Assembly (NCBI GenBank): GCA_024137785.1
Contig: JAHRHZ010000022.1
Coordinates: 32,158,511-32,222,510 of the forward strand
Origin: Ginglymostoma cirratum
Taxonomy: Eukaryota
Length of the DNA stretch: 64,000 bases
Reading direction: 5' to 3'
Shown here: piece by piece, positions 1 to 13,649 of the stretch
Position numbering within the stretch: position 1 is the first letter of the stretch
Layout: each line of letters opens with the position of its first letter
Position numbers and translations under genes: made by a program
Notes under the pieces: model-generated
What the model was told of the DNA's origin: nothing
Seen by the model: only the letters and a program-made list of their open reading frames with translations
Database searches by the model: none

Positions 1-2211
1 TATCCTTTATTTGTCCCATAAAGTTATAGCGTTTCCAGATCCATTATCTACTTGTGTATGAGGATTTATCTACATCAAGTAGTAAGGTTGATCTTGTTTA
101 CCTCTGGAGACTGGCAGTTTCCAATGAGCTAGGAAGAAAATTGGAGGTGGCATCTGCCAAAGATGCTCAATATAAATAAAATTCAGGCCACTGATAATCC
201 TCACTATACATTTCACATCCACAGCAATGTGCTGGCACCATGTCAACTACGTTTTGAAACCTTGTTAATGTACCGGTAGGATAATGGAAATTTCACATGC
301 ATTGACATAATTAATGAAGAGGCAGGCAGTGTGCTCAACCAATTAACACCACAGGGAAAAATAAAATTGGCCCCTTTTTTTATATGTTATGCCAGAGCTA
401 AGGACTGTATCACACAGCAAATAAATGTAGAAGCTTTTAATGAGCTGCGGGATCAGGCTGCGTAACCCGGAAAGTATGTTGTGTAAACACTGCCAGCTAT
501 TTAAACTGTTAGGCGTAATTGATGAGCTTGACTAAAATACTTGGGGAGAAGGAAAAAAAGATCGTTAGGTAGGGAGACATGCATTTGTTAAGCAGTACTC
601 TTCTGGGGCGAGATGACACAAGAAAACATTGATTTTTTTTCTGACTTAACCTAAAATATAGGCTCTGCATTTAGCTTTGAAATAATTTAACACAAATTGT
701 AGTTTATCTGTGACAGATTGAATTTGAAGCAGAACAGTTATCTTTGTAGAGGCATCCTCAGCGATATGAGTCACCAACTGTATATGAATCTATTGCATGC
801 AGAACAAATTCTATGAATTATTTAATCATATGCAAAATCAAAAAGCAGCCTACACATTAATGAAGATGATATAAATTGTAAATGAAATTTGTTCTTTTAC
901 AGCTTATATTGGATTATAGGAAAGTACCATTAGACAATGTAATCAAATTGTAAATCCCTTTCAGTTCAAATAGCATTTTTTTTTTTTTGGAAATAGATAG
1001 CCACAACCATAAATATCCAGCAGAATTCTGAGTGTTTGTACATTTCGATGAAAAAAAATACCAGAAATATAGTCCTTAACTGAAAATTGCTCAGATAATT
1101 AAAGACAACCTTGTCAGTTTGCTTTAGTTCTGTCTTTGTAGAGATTTTAATACCAGTCTTGATCACTGGTTGATCCATCAGCTTTGAGGGTGTCCTGCTT
1201 ATTTGTACTGAGCCATTACTTCAAGTGACAGGCAGTAGTTCTGTCAGAATGAATAGACTCCTTGAAAAGTTGGTAGCAAAGGGAAGTGACAAGTTAATGG
1301 AAGCTAAAGCACTCTAATGGCACTACCTGGTGTAAGCAAAGAAACTCATCTGAAGAACTTTCCCTCGCTTTGAAGATGTTCAATTGCATAGTTATCTAGG
1401 AGTAAGGAACAGTTTGACTGGGTAAACTCCTCCTGTTGATAATATTAATAAAAAGTTAATGTGAATGCAAAGTGGATTTCCCTGTTTTGTATTTTGTATT
1501 TTTGCTATACAAGATATTAATAGGAATGATTTCCTTCCTGAGGTATTACTGGAGCTCTGTAGAATAAAAGTATTTTAAAAGTATTTTTGAATTATTATGA
1601 ACATATATAGAGACACTCGCTCACATGAATTGACATCCCAATTCCTTTGAAACATTGAAGGAGTAAAAATAAACAGCACAGCTAAGAATTAAATTGACCA
1701 CACATTTATTTTTTCTCCGAAGAATTCCCCCAACATCATATTCATGAAAGTAAGTGACACTTCAGTATAACATTTTATTGGCTTGTTTCTATCCAGCAAT
1801 GTCAGTCACCAATCATAAAACCTCTTGTAGTTCAGGCATAGATTTTTGCATCACTATTGTCGGTGTTACCTGATGATTGCCATAAAAGAAGCATGGAAGT
1901 TGCCAAGTATATCTGTCGCAGTTTTTTTTTCACTCACTTAGAGATGCTGGAGCACTTGTAATAGAGAGAAGTGAACTGGAGTGACGAGCAGCTGTGGGGC
2001 TCAAAATTCACAACTTGTTTTTCCTTGTGAGGCAAGTGCAGCTATCACTAGATCTGCAGGCAGTTCAGCTCCTGTGTTTTTAACCCTGAATGAGAACTTT
2101 ATGGTCTTTGTATTGCACAGATATATAATTTGGATTTGTTCATTTGGGGAAACAGTCCATAAATCCTTTCTCATTTATGCTTGCAACTACCATTGATTTG
2201 GCGAGACCTTG

Positions 2212-2849
2212 GGGTAGAAATCCGTCTTGGGCAATGGTGCAAAACAGGTGGTATCAGCAGCTGCCCGTCCTTCGCAGTGAGAGATATTTAATTCTGTTAG
2301 CTGCAGTGGAACTGAATATCTAGCTGTGTAGATACCGGGCAGCCTCTCAGGTAGATATTGGCTGAGATGCATTCCGATTCCTTTATCTTTCGGGCAGCTG
2401 ACTAATGGAGTGTGTTCGAGCACTGGTCACTCTGGTGGCCAAGAGGCAAATTGTAATTTCGGATTGGACATTCAAGCTGCAGATATCAGAAGAGGGAAGC
2501 AAGACCTAGGGGGAGAACCTGTTCCAACTCTTAGCAGCTCTGCAAAAGTATATTTCTTGAGGTGTTTGTAGCTGCTTTCTGGGTGTTCAGGAGGGACCAC
2601 TTCACTTTCAGGGGAAAAGGCAGATTGCATGCAGTACACACTCTGACAATGTGTTCCTTAAATTTGCTCTCAGGGCCATAGCAATATCAGTGGGACACCG
2701 GGTTGCTTGAGAAAGGGGCCCAGTGCCTATTTCTGGCCATTGCAGCAGCTGTCCAATGGCAGCGCTCTGTCAGTATGGCTATGGCAAGAACACCAACATT
2801 AACCGAGGGGCATACCTTATTGTCTTGTTAATGCCCTTTATTTCTACCC
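2212..2849. mobile_element. MITE / non-autonomous DNA transposon with 10-bp terminal inverted repeats
   Basis: GGGTAGAAAT at 2212-2221 and its exact reverse complement ATTTCTACCC at 2840-2849 bracket a more GC-rich non-coding interior. No clear TSD. Confidence 0.55.
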
Positions 2850-3821
2850 ATCCATAGAATCTGTGGGATTATAACATGACTGAAATTTTCAATGGCAACT
2901 AAGTCTATTAAATTTAATTTTATGTTTGCTCATAATAGTTGATGTTTTGTCACATGATTTTAATAAGAAAAATTTCCTGTGACTAATTCTCTCCTATATT
3001 CCATTGCTGTTAACTGCTGACATATGGTGCTCATAAACAGAGACAGCATGCGACCATTACATATTTAGGAAAGAAAGACTTGTCTTGACTGCAAATTATA
3101 GTTATAGTTGTATCAAACTAGCAACTGGGTTTTTGTTTGTTGTGTCTTCAGCAGCAGCCACATCTGTGAACTCGATCAAATTTATTATAATTTACAGAAA
3201 AATGGAAATAGAAGCAAATTAAAATCACAATTACACCTTTTCCCAGTATCCTTTCAGACTAAATTTGCAAAATCAGCTCAAATAGTTTATATCATCAAAT
3301 AAATCAAAAGCTTTCAAGACAGGAAAGTGAAGCCTCTTCAGGGGTGCCTAACATGGTGACAACTGGGAAGTTTGCAGGAGAGATTGTGTAATATTTGTAG
3401 TATGTATGTTAATTCCTTCACAATAAATACACCCCATTTGATATTTCAGAGACGTCGTTATATCTTCAACAGGGGAAAGACTTTGTTGAAACAATGATCA
3501 GAGAAATTTTACAGGAGTTATTCAACATTCCACTACAACATCACATAGCGGAATTTGAAGCTTTCCTGCCCCGGCTCCAAGCCTGAAAAACTTAAGAAAC
3601 GATAAAATATACGGGGGGCAGTAGATTAAGAAATTAAGTAAAATGAAAAACCATTGCAGCTTAACTAAAGTACAAAAATGGACATGAGTGCTGATTAAAA
3701 GATTGAAGCCTCTGCTGATATTAATACAGATCTTAAATAATTGATGTGTTTTGTGGATTTAAATATTGGGCAAGGTGTCAATAGCTCCAATGGGCAAATT
3801 TTGCCACTGACAAGACACAAA

Positions 3822-3925
3822 TCAGGCTCTGAAGAAGAGTCATACTGGACTTGAAATATAACTCTGCTTCTCTCTCCACAGATACTGCCAGACGTGCTGA
3901 GTTTCTCCAGCATTCTCTGTGTTTG
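3822..3925 (+). mobile_element. Penelope-like element terminal repeat fragment with decayed hammerhead core
   Basis: CTGAAGA (3829-3835) A GAGTC-atactg-GACTT GAAA (3853-3856), followed by the tail TCTCTCCACAGATACTGCCAGACGTGCTGAGTTTCTCCAGCA that is shared with other copies in the window. Confidence 0.7.
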
Positions 3926-4199
3926 ATACAAACCAGGCCTTTTGTTTTACTGCTGATATGTATATGCACAGCCTGTGGATGCTGGGACAGTTGGACCTGA
4001 CTAAGGCTAAATTTGACAATTATTTTAATTATGTAAGCATCATAAGGGATACAAAGCAGTGGTGGTCGGTTGGAATTGAGGGATATGTTGACCATGATCC
4101 AACTGAGTAGAGGTGTGTTTAATCTTGCACTGTATATATTATAAAGTCAATTATGAATCCTATGTGTTAGTTCCAGCTTTGAAAAGCTGAATAAACATT

Positions 4200-4735
4200 G
4201 TAATTTGGTCCAATTCTGATTGCCACATTAGGGGAAGGATGTGAAGGCTTTGGAGCGGGTGCAGAAGAGATTTACCAGGATGCTGCCTGGTTTAGAGCAT
4301 GTGAGTTATAAGGAGAGCCTAGAAAAACTCAGGTTATTTTCTCGAGAGCAGCCGAGGCTAAGGGGAGACTTGATAGAAGTCTATAAAATTATGAGATGCA
4401 CAGATAGGGTTGACAGTCAGATTCTTTTTCCCAGCGTTGAAATGTCTGTAACTTGGAAGCATGCATTTAAGGTGAGAGGGAGAAAGTTCACAGGAGATGT
4501 GAGGAGCACTTATTTTACACGGAGAGTGGCAGGCGTCTGGAACGTACTGCTAGGTGTGGTGGTGGAGGCAGATATGGTAGGGCCATTGAAGGGACTTTTA
4601 GATAAGCACATGAATATGAAAGGAATGGAGTGATATGGGCCAAGGGCAGGCAGAAAGAATTAATTTACTTTAGCCTCATGTTCAGCACAACATCGTGGGC
4701 TGAAAGGCCTGTTCCTGTGCTGTACATTTCAAAGT
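4200..4735 (+). mobile_element. CR1 (HER1-like) LINE, 3' fragment
   Basis: ORF 4241-4633 (LERVQKRFTRMLPGL...RLRGDLIEVYKIMR) is the CR1 ORF2 C-terminus. It is followed by the 3' UTR GGCCTGTTCCTGTGCTGTA. Confidence 0.92.
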
Positions 4736-5169
4736 TTTATGCTTTGTCTGATTGGGATTGGGAGTGGTGTCTAGCAACATGAAAGCACAATTAGACAAAA
4801 TAGAAAGCATTACACCATAGTCATGTGTATAAGTTATCGGCCGCAGGGACTGAAAAGCTTATGAGCAATCAATGATCTTATGTTCTGAAATTGCAATTGC
4901 ATTCACACTGGAGTGCAAATATTTCAGGCATTTTCCAAAAATAAAGGCAAGGCCCCTTTAAAATTGTCCCTGCCTCTCAGATTTCTAAAATAACACTGTT
5001 TGAATATTTACATTCACTGCAGGAATCTTGCAAGAAGATTTCCTCTGTTTGGTATTCACAAATGTAACTTTTACTCAAGCTTATGATTTAATTATGTACA
5101 TAAAATATTGTAAAACTATCTGATTTATGATCATACTCTACATAAGCCTCTTCCCGTTCTAATTGCCTC

Positions 5170-5800
5170 TTCCCACTCTTCCCCAGTATCTCTCAGTTAC
5201 TTTCCTGCATCAAGAATTCCCTGAAATGCATCAATGCATTTCAAGGTCTGAACCATGTGGCAGCAAATTCCACATTCTCACCATCCTCTGCCTTAAGAAA
5301 TCCCTTCAAAAACAAAAACAGAAATTGCTGTAAAAGCTCAGCAGGTCTGGCAGCATCTGTGGAGAGAAATCAATGTTAACTTTGCTGCCAGACCTGCTGA
5401 ACTTTTACAGCAATTTCTGTTTTTGTTTCTGATTTACAGCATCCGCAGTTCCTTTGGTTTTTATTTCAGATATCCCTTATTCAATCTGTTAACGTTTACC
5501 TTATATTTATAGTCATATCATCTGACCACACTGACAGTTAGAAATAGTTTCTCCACATTCATGTTTGTCAGTACCATTCAGAACTTAAAAAGTTCTCTCA
5601 ACCACCTTTCCAGAGAAAATAACTACAGTCTGCTCAATATTTCCGGATACATGCATCCACTGAATTTTGGTAACTTCCTTGTAAATCTGCGCTGCGCTTG
5701 CTCTGAGCTTCAATATTCCTTTTGTACCGTGGAGACAGGGGGCTGCACGCTGTACTTCAAGGGCAGTCAAACCGAAGCTCTACATAAGTATATTTCAGTA
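5170..5800 (-). mobile_element. Old CR1 LINE fragment, interrupted by a Penelope-type inverted repeat
   Basis: Minus ORF 5585-5770 begins ALEVQR (decayed ALERVQRR). The segment AAATTCCACATTCTCACCATCCTCTG at about 5265-5290 is typical antisense CR1 sequence. Confidence 0.5.
5308..5470. mobile_element. Inverted pair of Penelope-like terminal repeats (hairpin)
   Basis: 5310-5355 and 5383-5428 are reverse complements at 45 of 46 positions. Same family as 8997-9132, 33584-33716 and 42014-42120. Confidence 0.8.
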
Positions 5801-8800
5801 CCAGTAATCGAGAAAACCCTGGGTTCAAACCTTGCTGAGGCTGATCCGGGGAAAGTTTTAACTTTTTTGTTTGTTTGTTTCTACCTGCACGGAGTTGAGG
5901 AATTATTGGTTCAATTCTTAGTAAATAATAATTCTCGGCACCCAACTTTTCCTCATTTCAGCTCCCATTAGCACACATGCTCAGAGACATCACAACATTG
6001 GAAACGGAAGTCGGGAATCATCACGTTGGAGTCATTGAAGGCCCTTCAGGTTTCTAATGCTTGTGATATAGCAATAATCATTAATTTTGCACTATTTTAA
6101 TACAAAAGACTGATGGGGACAAAGCAAAAAGATTTTTGTCTCCTTTCTGAACCTAGTGAATTGGGCACATCATTCATTCATGGAATGTGGACCTGGCTAG
6201 CTGAGCCAACATTTATTGTGATTATTAAGTGTAAACAATTCTTATGCAGATTACAAGATGCTCTATCTGAGTTAACCCATGTGAGATGTTAACTTGGCGC
6301 TGACACTGGGTATTTCAATTCCCAGTAGTGACATCTTCCACCTTGAAGAGTGCAAAATTTGATCAAATTTTGAAATCACAGGCACCAGTTGAAGATTGTA
6401 TACCTGTTACAAGATGTAATATCAGGCTATCATGTTAGTTTCTGTTTCAGAAGGGCATTTTGGAGGTAATTTGGCTCCTGAGATGAGAAGGTAGTAAGTA
6501 ATTACTGGTGTGTGCCAGTTGAGTAACATTTCTTAATCAAACCTGCAGGTGATGCAACCTAATATTTTTCATGCCATTAGTGAGGAAGCAAATGTGCCCT
6601 GGACAAGAACTAAACTTGCACACATATCACTGGTGAGAAATTCCAACCACACCAGAACAGTTTCCAAATCATATTTAGTTCTTCCTACGGATAATTGGGA
6701 AGAGACCACAAGTTTCCAATGCACCACACAGAGCTAGATTCTGAACTTGTTTTCAGGTTTTAGATAACATTGATAAACTGTTTGTGTCTCACTATCAGTT
6801 TTCACATCATCTCAACTCTTCTGAGCGCTACTCCTTTGTGATATATGGGAAATGATGTATTATTGTAGAACCAGTAACATGTACGCTGCAGATTCTGCTT
6901 TGGATATACAGACATTTACAACAGTCCAAACAGTCAGTTTTGACATTTACCACCCACAAAAAAAATTTATAGGTTCTCTTTTATATAGGCACATCATTCC
7001 CTTTATACTGTTACATTCTTTTGTTCTTGAGATAACATCAAAATTCTATTAACTTTTTTTGCCTAATTCTCCCTGTTTTTATCAATTATTAAAAAACGTC
7101 CCTAGCAATCAATTAACTATAACATTTGAAACAAGATCTTTTCTGACAGGCAGCAAAAAGAATACAGCTAACAGATGGACAATAAATGCAAATACTGACA
7201 TGGTGATAGAATGGTAGCAATAGTGATACCAATATAATCCAATTGACTATGTGTGAATCATTAAATAATGAGTATTGAAATGCAGAACTACAATTTTTCT
7301 GCCTACTTCTTAGCCTGTTGCAAGGATGCAATACAGTTAACATTACACTTCAGTTTCCCAGATGACTTGGAGAATAATTACATCACTTAACACAGTTCTG
7401 AGCCAAATAGACCAAGTAATTCTAAATTTGTTCTCTAGGCCACAATTAACTCAATGATATTTAGCCAGTTAAGATTACAACAACTGGTTCCATTGCCTTT
7501 TTAAAGAAAGAGAGGAACTTGCCAGGGGTCTCTGACACCCCATGGTTTCCATGACACCCTTTGTCCAAATTTCAGCTGAACCTAGGATTGAACTTGGCTG
7601 CAAGTTGTCCACAATCAAAATTATGCTCTAATTGTCAAGTGTGTGAAGAACTATGTGATGTTCTGATAATCTATTGAGAACATGCTACAGGAGGGGTTTG
7701 GTGGCTTTAGTCAAGAAGAAGAAAATAATTAAGGGAATAGCAATGCATTCTTCCGAGGGTCGATGAAGATTAATTGGGATGAATGGTCTGCTTCAGCACT
7801 CGAGGGATTCTATGAATAAAAACCTTAAATCTGAAACTTGGTATTTAAGTTTTAGCAAGGCCTATGACAATAAGTTAGACAGCAACAAGAACAAAAGCTA
7901 GTATATTGATTAACATAATTGATTATCACAGTGTGAAGCAAATTGAAATGGATTGCACAAAATATTTTTATTTGCTTTTCTGAAATTTTAGCTTTGCCCA
8001 GTTAATGATTTGAGCAGAACTGAATAACAGGCAATGGCAAGGTATGATATTTCTCTTGAGTTTATAATTCAAAACTTAAACACTAAAAGCAGAAATGTGT
8101 TCTGATGATCAAAGTGAATAATGTCTGGAACTCATTATCATTAACATTTTTGCTTATTTATTCTGTGTACATGCAGTTGTTGCTGAGATTTGTATCTGTC
8201 ATAACACTAATTCTAGAACAGTGTATGCTGCCGTGGATCATTTCCCATGTAAAATGATCAATTTTTGATTTCCACTAGTACTCATGTGAAATTTTCACCT
8301 GTGCTGGAAGCATAATGAAACAAAAAATTTGGTTGACATTTAGTCTGTACAATACATAGGAATTCCGTGACATTCAATAGTGTTCTCACAAAAGTATAAT
8401 CTGATGTGCCTAGTTCAAACGTTTTCTATCAAGAAATTAGAAATATGCAGAATTGATCTGTGAAAGGGCTATTTTTAAATAGGTCTAAAGTTTGTAGTGA
8501 CCAGCAAAGTAACTGTGTACACTCCTGACCTCAGAACAAGCTGGCTGGGAGGATCTAGTGACCTATGCAGTATGGATTTCAAATTTCCTGGGATTTCCTT
8601 CTGACTGGTACTTGTATATGGGACCATCCAGCCTCATTAACAACAATGTCATCAAGCAAGCAATGCAACTAATCATATTGCTGAATTCTCACAGACAGCA
8701 AATCAGAAATGTAGCAAGTCAATGTATCCTCTTTTTAAGAAAGATTTTAAGGAAGACAATAAAAAAAAGATTAAAACATGCATGTAAGATGAAGGTGAAA

Positions 8801-8996
8801 TGGGAGAAATAGAGAAATTTGCCACTCCACAAATATAAAAAGTGTTTTTTTCTTTCGGGAATAAAGAGCTTCTTCAGTAGTAATTACAGCGCCACAGAAA
8901 CCCAATTACTCCTCATTCCACAATGTATCACTTTTCTAATATTTTTATATTAATGATAACAGATTGAAAAGTTCATCTCACATCCACAATCTCGAA

Positions 8997-9132
8997 TTGA
9001 GGAAGCGTCAACAGACCCGAAACATTAACTCTGTTTTTTCCTTCACAGATGCTGCCAGACCTGCTGAGCTTTTCCAGCAACTTCTGCTTTTGTTCCTGAT
9101 GTACAGCATCCACAGTTCTTTCGGTTTTTATC
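8997..9132 (+). mobile_element. Penelope-like terminal repeat with hammerhead core truncated or mutated at its 5' end
   Basis: (T)TGAGGA AGCGTC-aaca-GACCC GAAAC (9019-9023) ATTAACTCTG...CACAGATGCTGCCAGACCTGCTGAGCTTTTCCAGCAAC. Confidence 0.75.
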
Positions 9133-9747
9133 TCTAATTGATTGCTGTCAGTAGGCAGTTCAACAGCGCACACTGTGGAGGAGTGGGGATTCACTAACAC
9201 AAGTCTTTAGATTTCCTAGTTTAATTTGGATGCGACATCAGATGTCATTGTCAGATCAGGTTTACAGATGAATGATGGAGAAAGCTGATAGTATTCTGTC
9301 ATTCCAACTGCAAATTTCAGGCCAGAGACTTTTTTCAGAGGCAGCAGTTTTGTGAAATTGGACAATAGAAACTGCAGGCTGCAAGCTGCCAATCAATTTA
9401 TGTAATTTTTGATCAGCTAAATAAACAGTTTGTCAGCTAGACTCAGCACAGGAAAATTTGTACAGGCAATTTCTTTGATATAGGACAGGCAGCTCTTGAA
9501 ATGAACTGATGCGGAGGCACAGAAGTGGTATTACTGAGGTCTGGTGCTGCTTTCTTGGTGTGTGAGGTGCTTTTGACTTTTTCTTTTATGTCAGATACGA
9601 CACTCTGTCAGAAAAGTGTACATACTTCAGTTTCCCAGCTGTGCACGAAAGCCTGTGAATTCATGCAACCCTCATTTCACCCAACCGACAAGCTGATGAA
9701 ATATCAGGATGTGTCATTGGACTATCCAGATTCAAGTAAAATTTGAC

Positions 9748-9880
9748 ATAGAGTCATAGCGTCATACAGCATAGAAGCAGGGCCTTCAGTCCACCATATC
9801 TACGCTGACCAACAACACCAAGCTACACTGAACTCTTTTACCTTCACTTGGTCATTAGCCTATATGCCCTGGCTTTTAAC
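9748..9880 (-). mobile_element. CR1/HER1 3' end
   Basis: CATAGAGTCATAGCGTCATACAGCATAGAAGCAGGGCCTTCAGTCCA is the antisense of the CR1 3' tail with short tandem repeats. Confidence 0.65.
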
Positions 9881-11259
9881 AAACAATGTTTGTGAAGCTC
9901 CATGACTTTGACCTTTAAGATCCGTTCCTTCAAGAGCAAGGCACCTGAGTTAAAGGTAAGTAATTTTTTTTTTAGAAAATGAAACTGTTACAAATCTGAA
10001 ATGTCTCGAAGTAACCTGCAGTATTTTTGGAGTTTCTGGATTTGCAAGGAGTGTTAATGCAACATTCACAGTAATTGTTTATTAACACAATGCTTGCAAC
10101 AGGTGCATGGGCAGTAGTTAAAGTGTCTCTGGATCTGCAGCTTGATAAGGAGATGGAGCAAATGCTGTGGGGAGTCCACGCTCTGCCCAATGCCCTTGAT
10201 CAATTTGGAGACAGACCCGTCCATGCTTGCTAACGGTGGTAGTGTGACAAGCTGGCCATCTCTCTGAGCATTGTCATGACACTCCTTCTGAAGTCTCAGC
10301 AGTAGAACTCATCTTCACTTTGTCCAATGGACTCACAAATAAATCAACTTTCCTGCCTGGCCTGACTATAGCTCACTCATGTTCATTTCTAAATCTTTGA
10401 ACATCTGTGCTAGTTTGGCTGATTCCATCCAGAGGGGCTGATGTTACTGGCATAAATGAACAGAAAGCCAAATGCACAAATGTGTTTCTGAGAAACACAT
10501 CAAAGAGTATAGATCAAAAGAAGGACCAAGGAGCTTTAATATAAAGCCTTGAAATTTGCTGGAATCGCCCCAGTTTAACAAATGTAAAGTAGGCTTTGCA
10601 ATACAAAGGGCAATATATTGGAGCACTCCACCTCGTGGATAACAGGGGTGGAAATGCAAATAGGTAGGCTAACACATGAGGATTATTTCCCAAAGTTTAG
10701 CTTTACTGAATGTCGTTGGCATATTTCAGACAACCAAATCTACAGACAACCTACCTGATAGCCTTTGAAAACACCAGTGGGGACAACAACCTGTATGATA
10801 TTTGTGTTTCAGAAATACTTGCCGAAATTGCAAATGGAAGGTGTTCCTTTTTCACAATCACCTCTTTCTCCTGCCCACTTGTCAACTGCCATTCCCCTTT
10901 CTGGATTTTCCTGTGAGCTACATTATGTGCAAGCTGTCTGGGACACATCACTGATGTCTGTGGCTTTCTTGTGCTAATTTCTATACGGTGTACCTCAATC
11001 CAGCTCAGGCCAGTGACACCCAACATCACTTCCATACTTCCCTGAGAGTGAGAGTGCAGGTACATAAAGCCATACAAAGACCAATAAAACATTAGGTTTT
11101 ATTAATAGTGATATATATTAAAAGAAATACTCATACATTTACGTAATACAATGTACAGTTTGTTCAACCAGTAATAGAAAGTATATTAAATTTATAGAGA
11201 GTGATCAGCCCAGATAAACTAGGATGCTCCCAAAATAGAATACTATAATTATGAGAAAC

Positions 11260-11560
11260 AATTCATGATGCAAGGTCTATTTCCACTGAAACAGGTAAGG
11301 ATTTTAGCTATGACTGAGTGAATAAGGAAATTCTATTTCTTCTTGTTGGGAGTCCGTGATGAAGGATCATCAATTTAAAGTTGTTTGGAGAAAGTACAAA
11401 GGATTATTAAGGCACAGTTTTTTTAAACCACAGTGGATCGTCAAATAAGTGATCATTACATTTTTAAAAGACAACTACATAAATCGATAAAGCAAAGCAA
11501 AATACAAGGCTATAAAATGACAGAGTAGCAGAATGATTGGTTTTGAATTGCTTTCACAAG
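11260..11560 (+). mobile_element. Highly decayed CR1 3' fragment
   Basis: Residual similarity to the CR1 ORF2 C-terminal region (GTGAATAAGGAAATTCTATTTCT...GGATCATCAATTTAAAG). Confidence 0.4.
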
Positions 11561-13282
11561 GAACTTCACACATTATTTCCTGGCCAGGCATAACATTGGT
11601 ATTGTGGATCAGCTGCTCATTTTAAAAGTTGTTAGATTTTGATTTCAGTTGATGCTAATGAAAATGGAAGTTGGATGATATAATGGGCAGTTGAATCATA
11701 AGCCAATAATCATGCTTCTCCAATCCCTCTCCAGGCCAGCATGTTCAAATCCTAGCCTGATGAGTTGAATAGACTCCTTCTGTGCTTTAAAATGTTATGG
11801 TTCAACAGCCACAACTTTCCAGATTCACCAGAGCCGCAGCACCTGGAGGTGACATTTTTCGCAAAGATATTAAATATGCATGAGAATGTGAAATTGCTTT
11901 ATTTTTTTTTGAACCATTATTTCTGAAATGTCAGGTGGACAACCTTTAACCAGGCCTCTGCCAATACCAGCTGCTGAAAAGAGCAGAATACTGGCCTGGG
12001 GGTGACTATCCTTCCAATTTTGTTTCCTCACTGTTCAGATCCTCTAGTCTTTGTAATCTCCCCTCAGCAGCCTGACTAATATCAGGAGCTTAGTGGCATG
12101 GGGGAATCAGCCCTGCAGCCCACTACTGCTGCGCCACCGTGCAACATTCTCTTAATCTGAAAGGATTTATTCTTTTCTCAATAGTGAGAAAATATGAAAA
12201 TATATGGTCTGAGAAGGGAGATATGGGCACCAGTTATAGTGATTCAATTGTGGTACTTTGATGGTTTGCCAACTGTGATTGCAGACCAGAGGAAGAGAAA
12301 ATAATTACTTTGGATTGTGATTCCAAAATATTCTGTTTCCTAGCATACTTGTTTGACATGAGAGAGACTTTAACAGTGGAAGAACCGGAGCTGGTTTGCT
12401 GCAAAATAAGCATATAGTGGTAACTCTCCAGTGATAACAAGATTCTCTATCTGATGTAATTCTTTTGCCTACCGCTGGGAGATTTTGTGGGCCCTGTAGA
12501 AACCATGGGATCATGTAAAGAGCTAAAGATCAACAGCAATATTTTCAACTTGGCAGTTGTTTCTCCTTTCACTGCAGTTTCTGGGCACAGAAGTGGGATT
12601 GCTCCTTGCTATATGCCAATTAAGTATTGTCAAACATCAGATTAAATCTTCGGTTGTGCATTTATGCATGTTTAATATGTGAAAAAATGAAGCATAAATA
12701 TGAAATTTACTCCTTTACCTGTTTAGCAGACAAATTGTCTATTGCTTTCTGACTATGGTCTACATGGACTTTTAAGCTACAACAAGAAATTGATGTAATG
12801 TCACAGCAATGGGGATTCCTCTAACAACACTGTTAAAAGCCTGTATTAACTGACAGTCAAAAAATCTAACCCCTGTTGCATCTTAATATTGACACGCATC
12901 TAGGAATGTTAGAGGGTTATGGATTGGTGAATTAGCCACTCGTACCTCATTATTTTTAATAAAACTCAACGTATCAACATTCGGCATTGATACTGTAAAG
13001 GCAGATCATAACCATACCTAATTATTCTGATTTGTGTTTAATTTTATTTTTATTAAGCTTGAAAATTGAGTGAGTCATCTTACTATGATTTATTTCTGGG
13101 TTATTTGAATCCAAGACTGAATGAAAAGGAATAATTTCAGTGGGCCTCCAGCCATTATCGGTGGAAATGTAGTTCAGCTTTGAAATTTGTATTGTATTTT
13201 GGGAAAGAGCCACCTTTGTAACTATTAACACATTTGGTCATTTGGTGGTAGGGCACTTGTGTATTACTGAAAAAAGTGTAAA

Positions 13283-13440
13283 TTTATTAAGGGTTTTCAT
13301 CTTGCACTCATCAAGACAATTCACAAGAATACCAGTTTAATGGGAGCACCATTTTTATACGGTATGAGCAGAACGTGTTGATTGGTTAGGAAGTGGATTA
13401 TGATTGGGAGAGGTGTTACCTTGGGGAATGCACCAGTTAG
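13283..13440 (-). mobile_element. Penelope-like terminal repeat of a different subfamily, with decayed hammerhead core
   Basis: Minus strand reads ATTGTC TTGATGA GT-GCAAG-AT GAAA ACCC TTAATAAA (core at about 13314 to 13295). CCAAT-containing segments lie upstream. Confidence 0.5.
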
Positions 13441-13649
13441 AATACAACAATTAATGCACCATCCAGTGGCAGAAACCTGCTACTACAGATTGTATTTTTT
13501 TAAAGGAACAGCGTAAAAGTGAATAAGTCCAATGAAGGAGCAGCAACGGTGAAGGGTACGGTGTAACAGAAGCAGAAAAATGAAATATGAGGAAAGCAAA
13601 ACAAGTACAAGAAAAGAAATCCTGAACTATACTTCTCAAAATAACAAAA

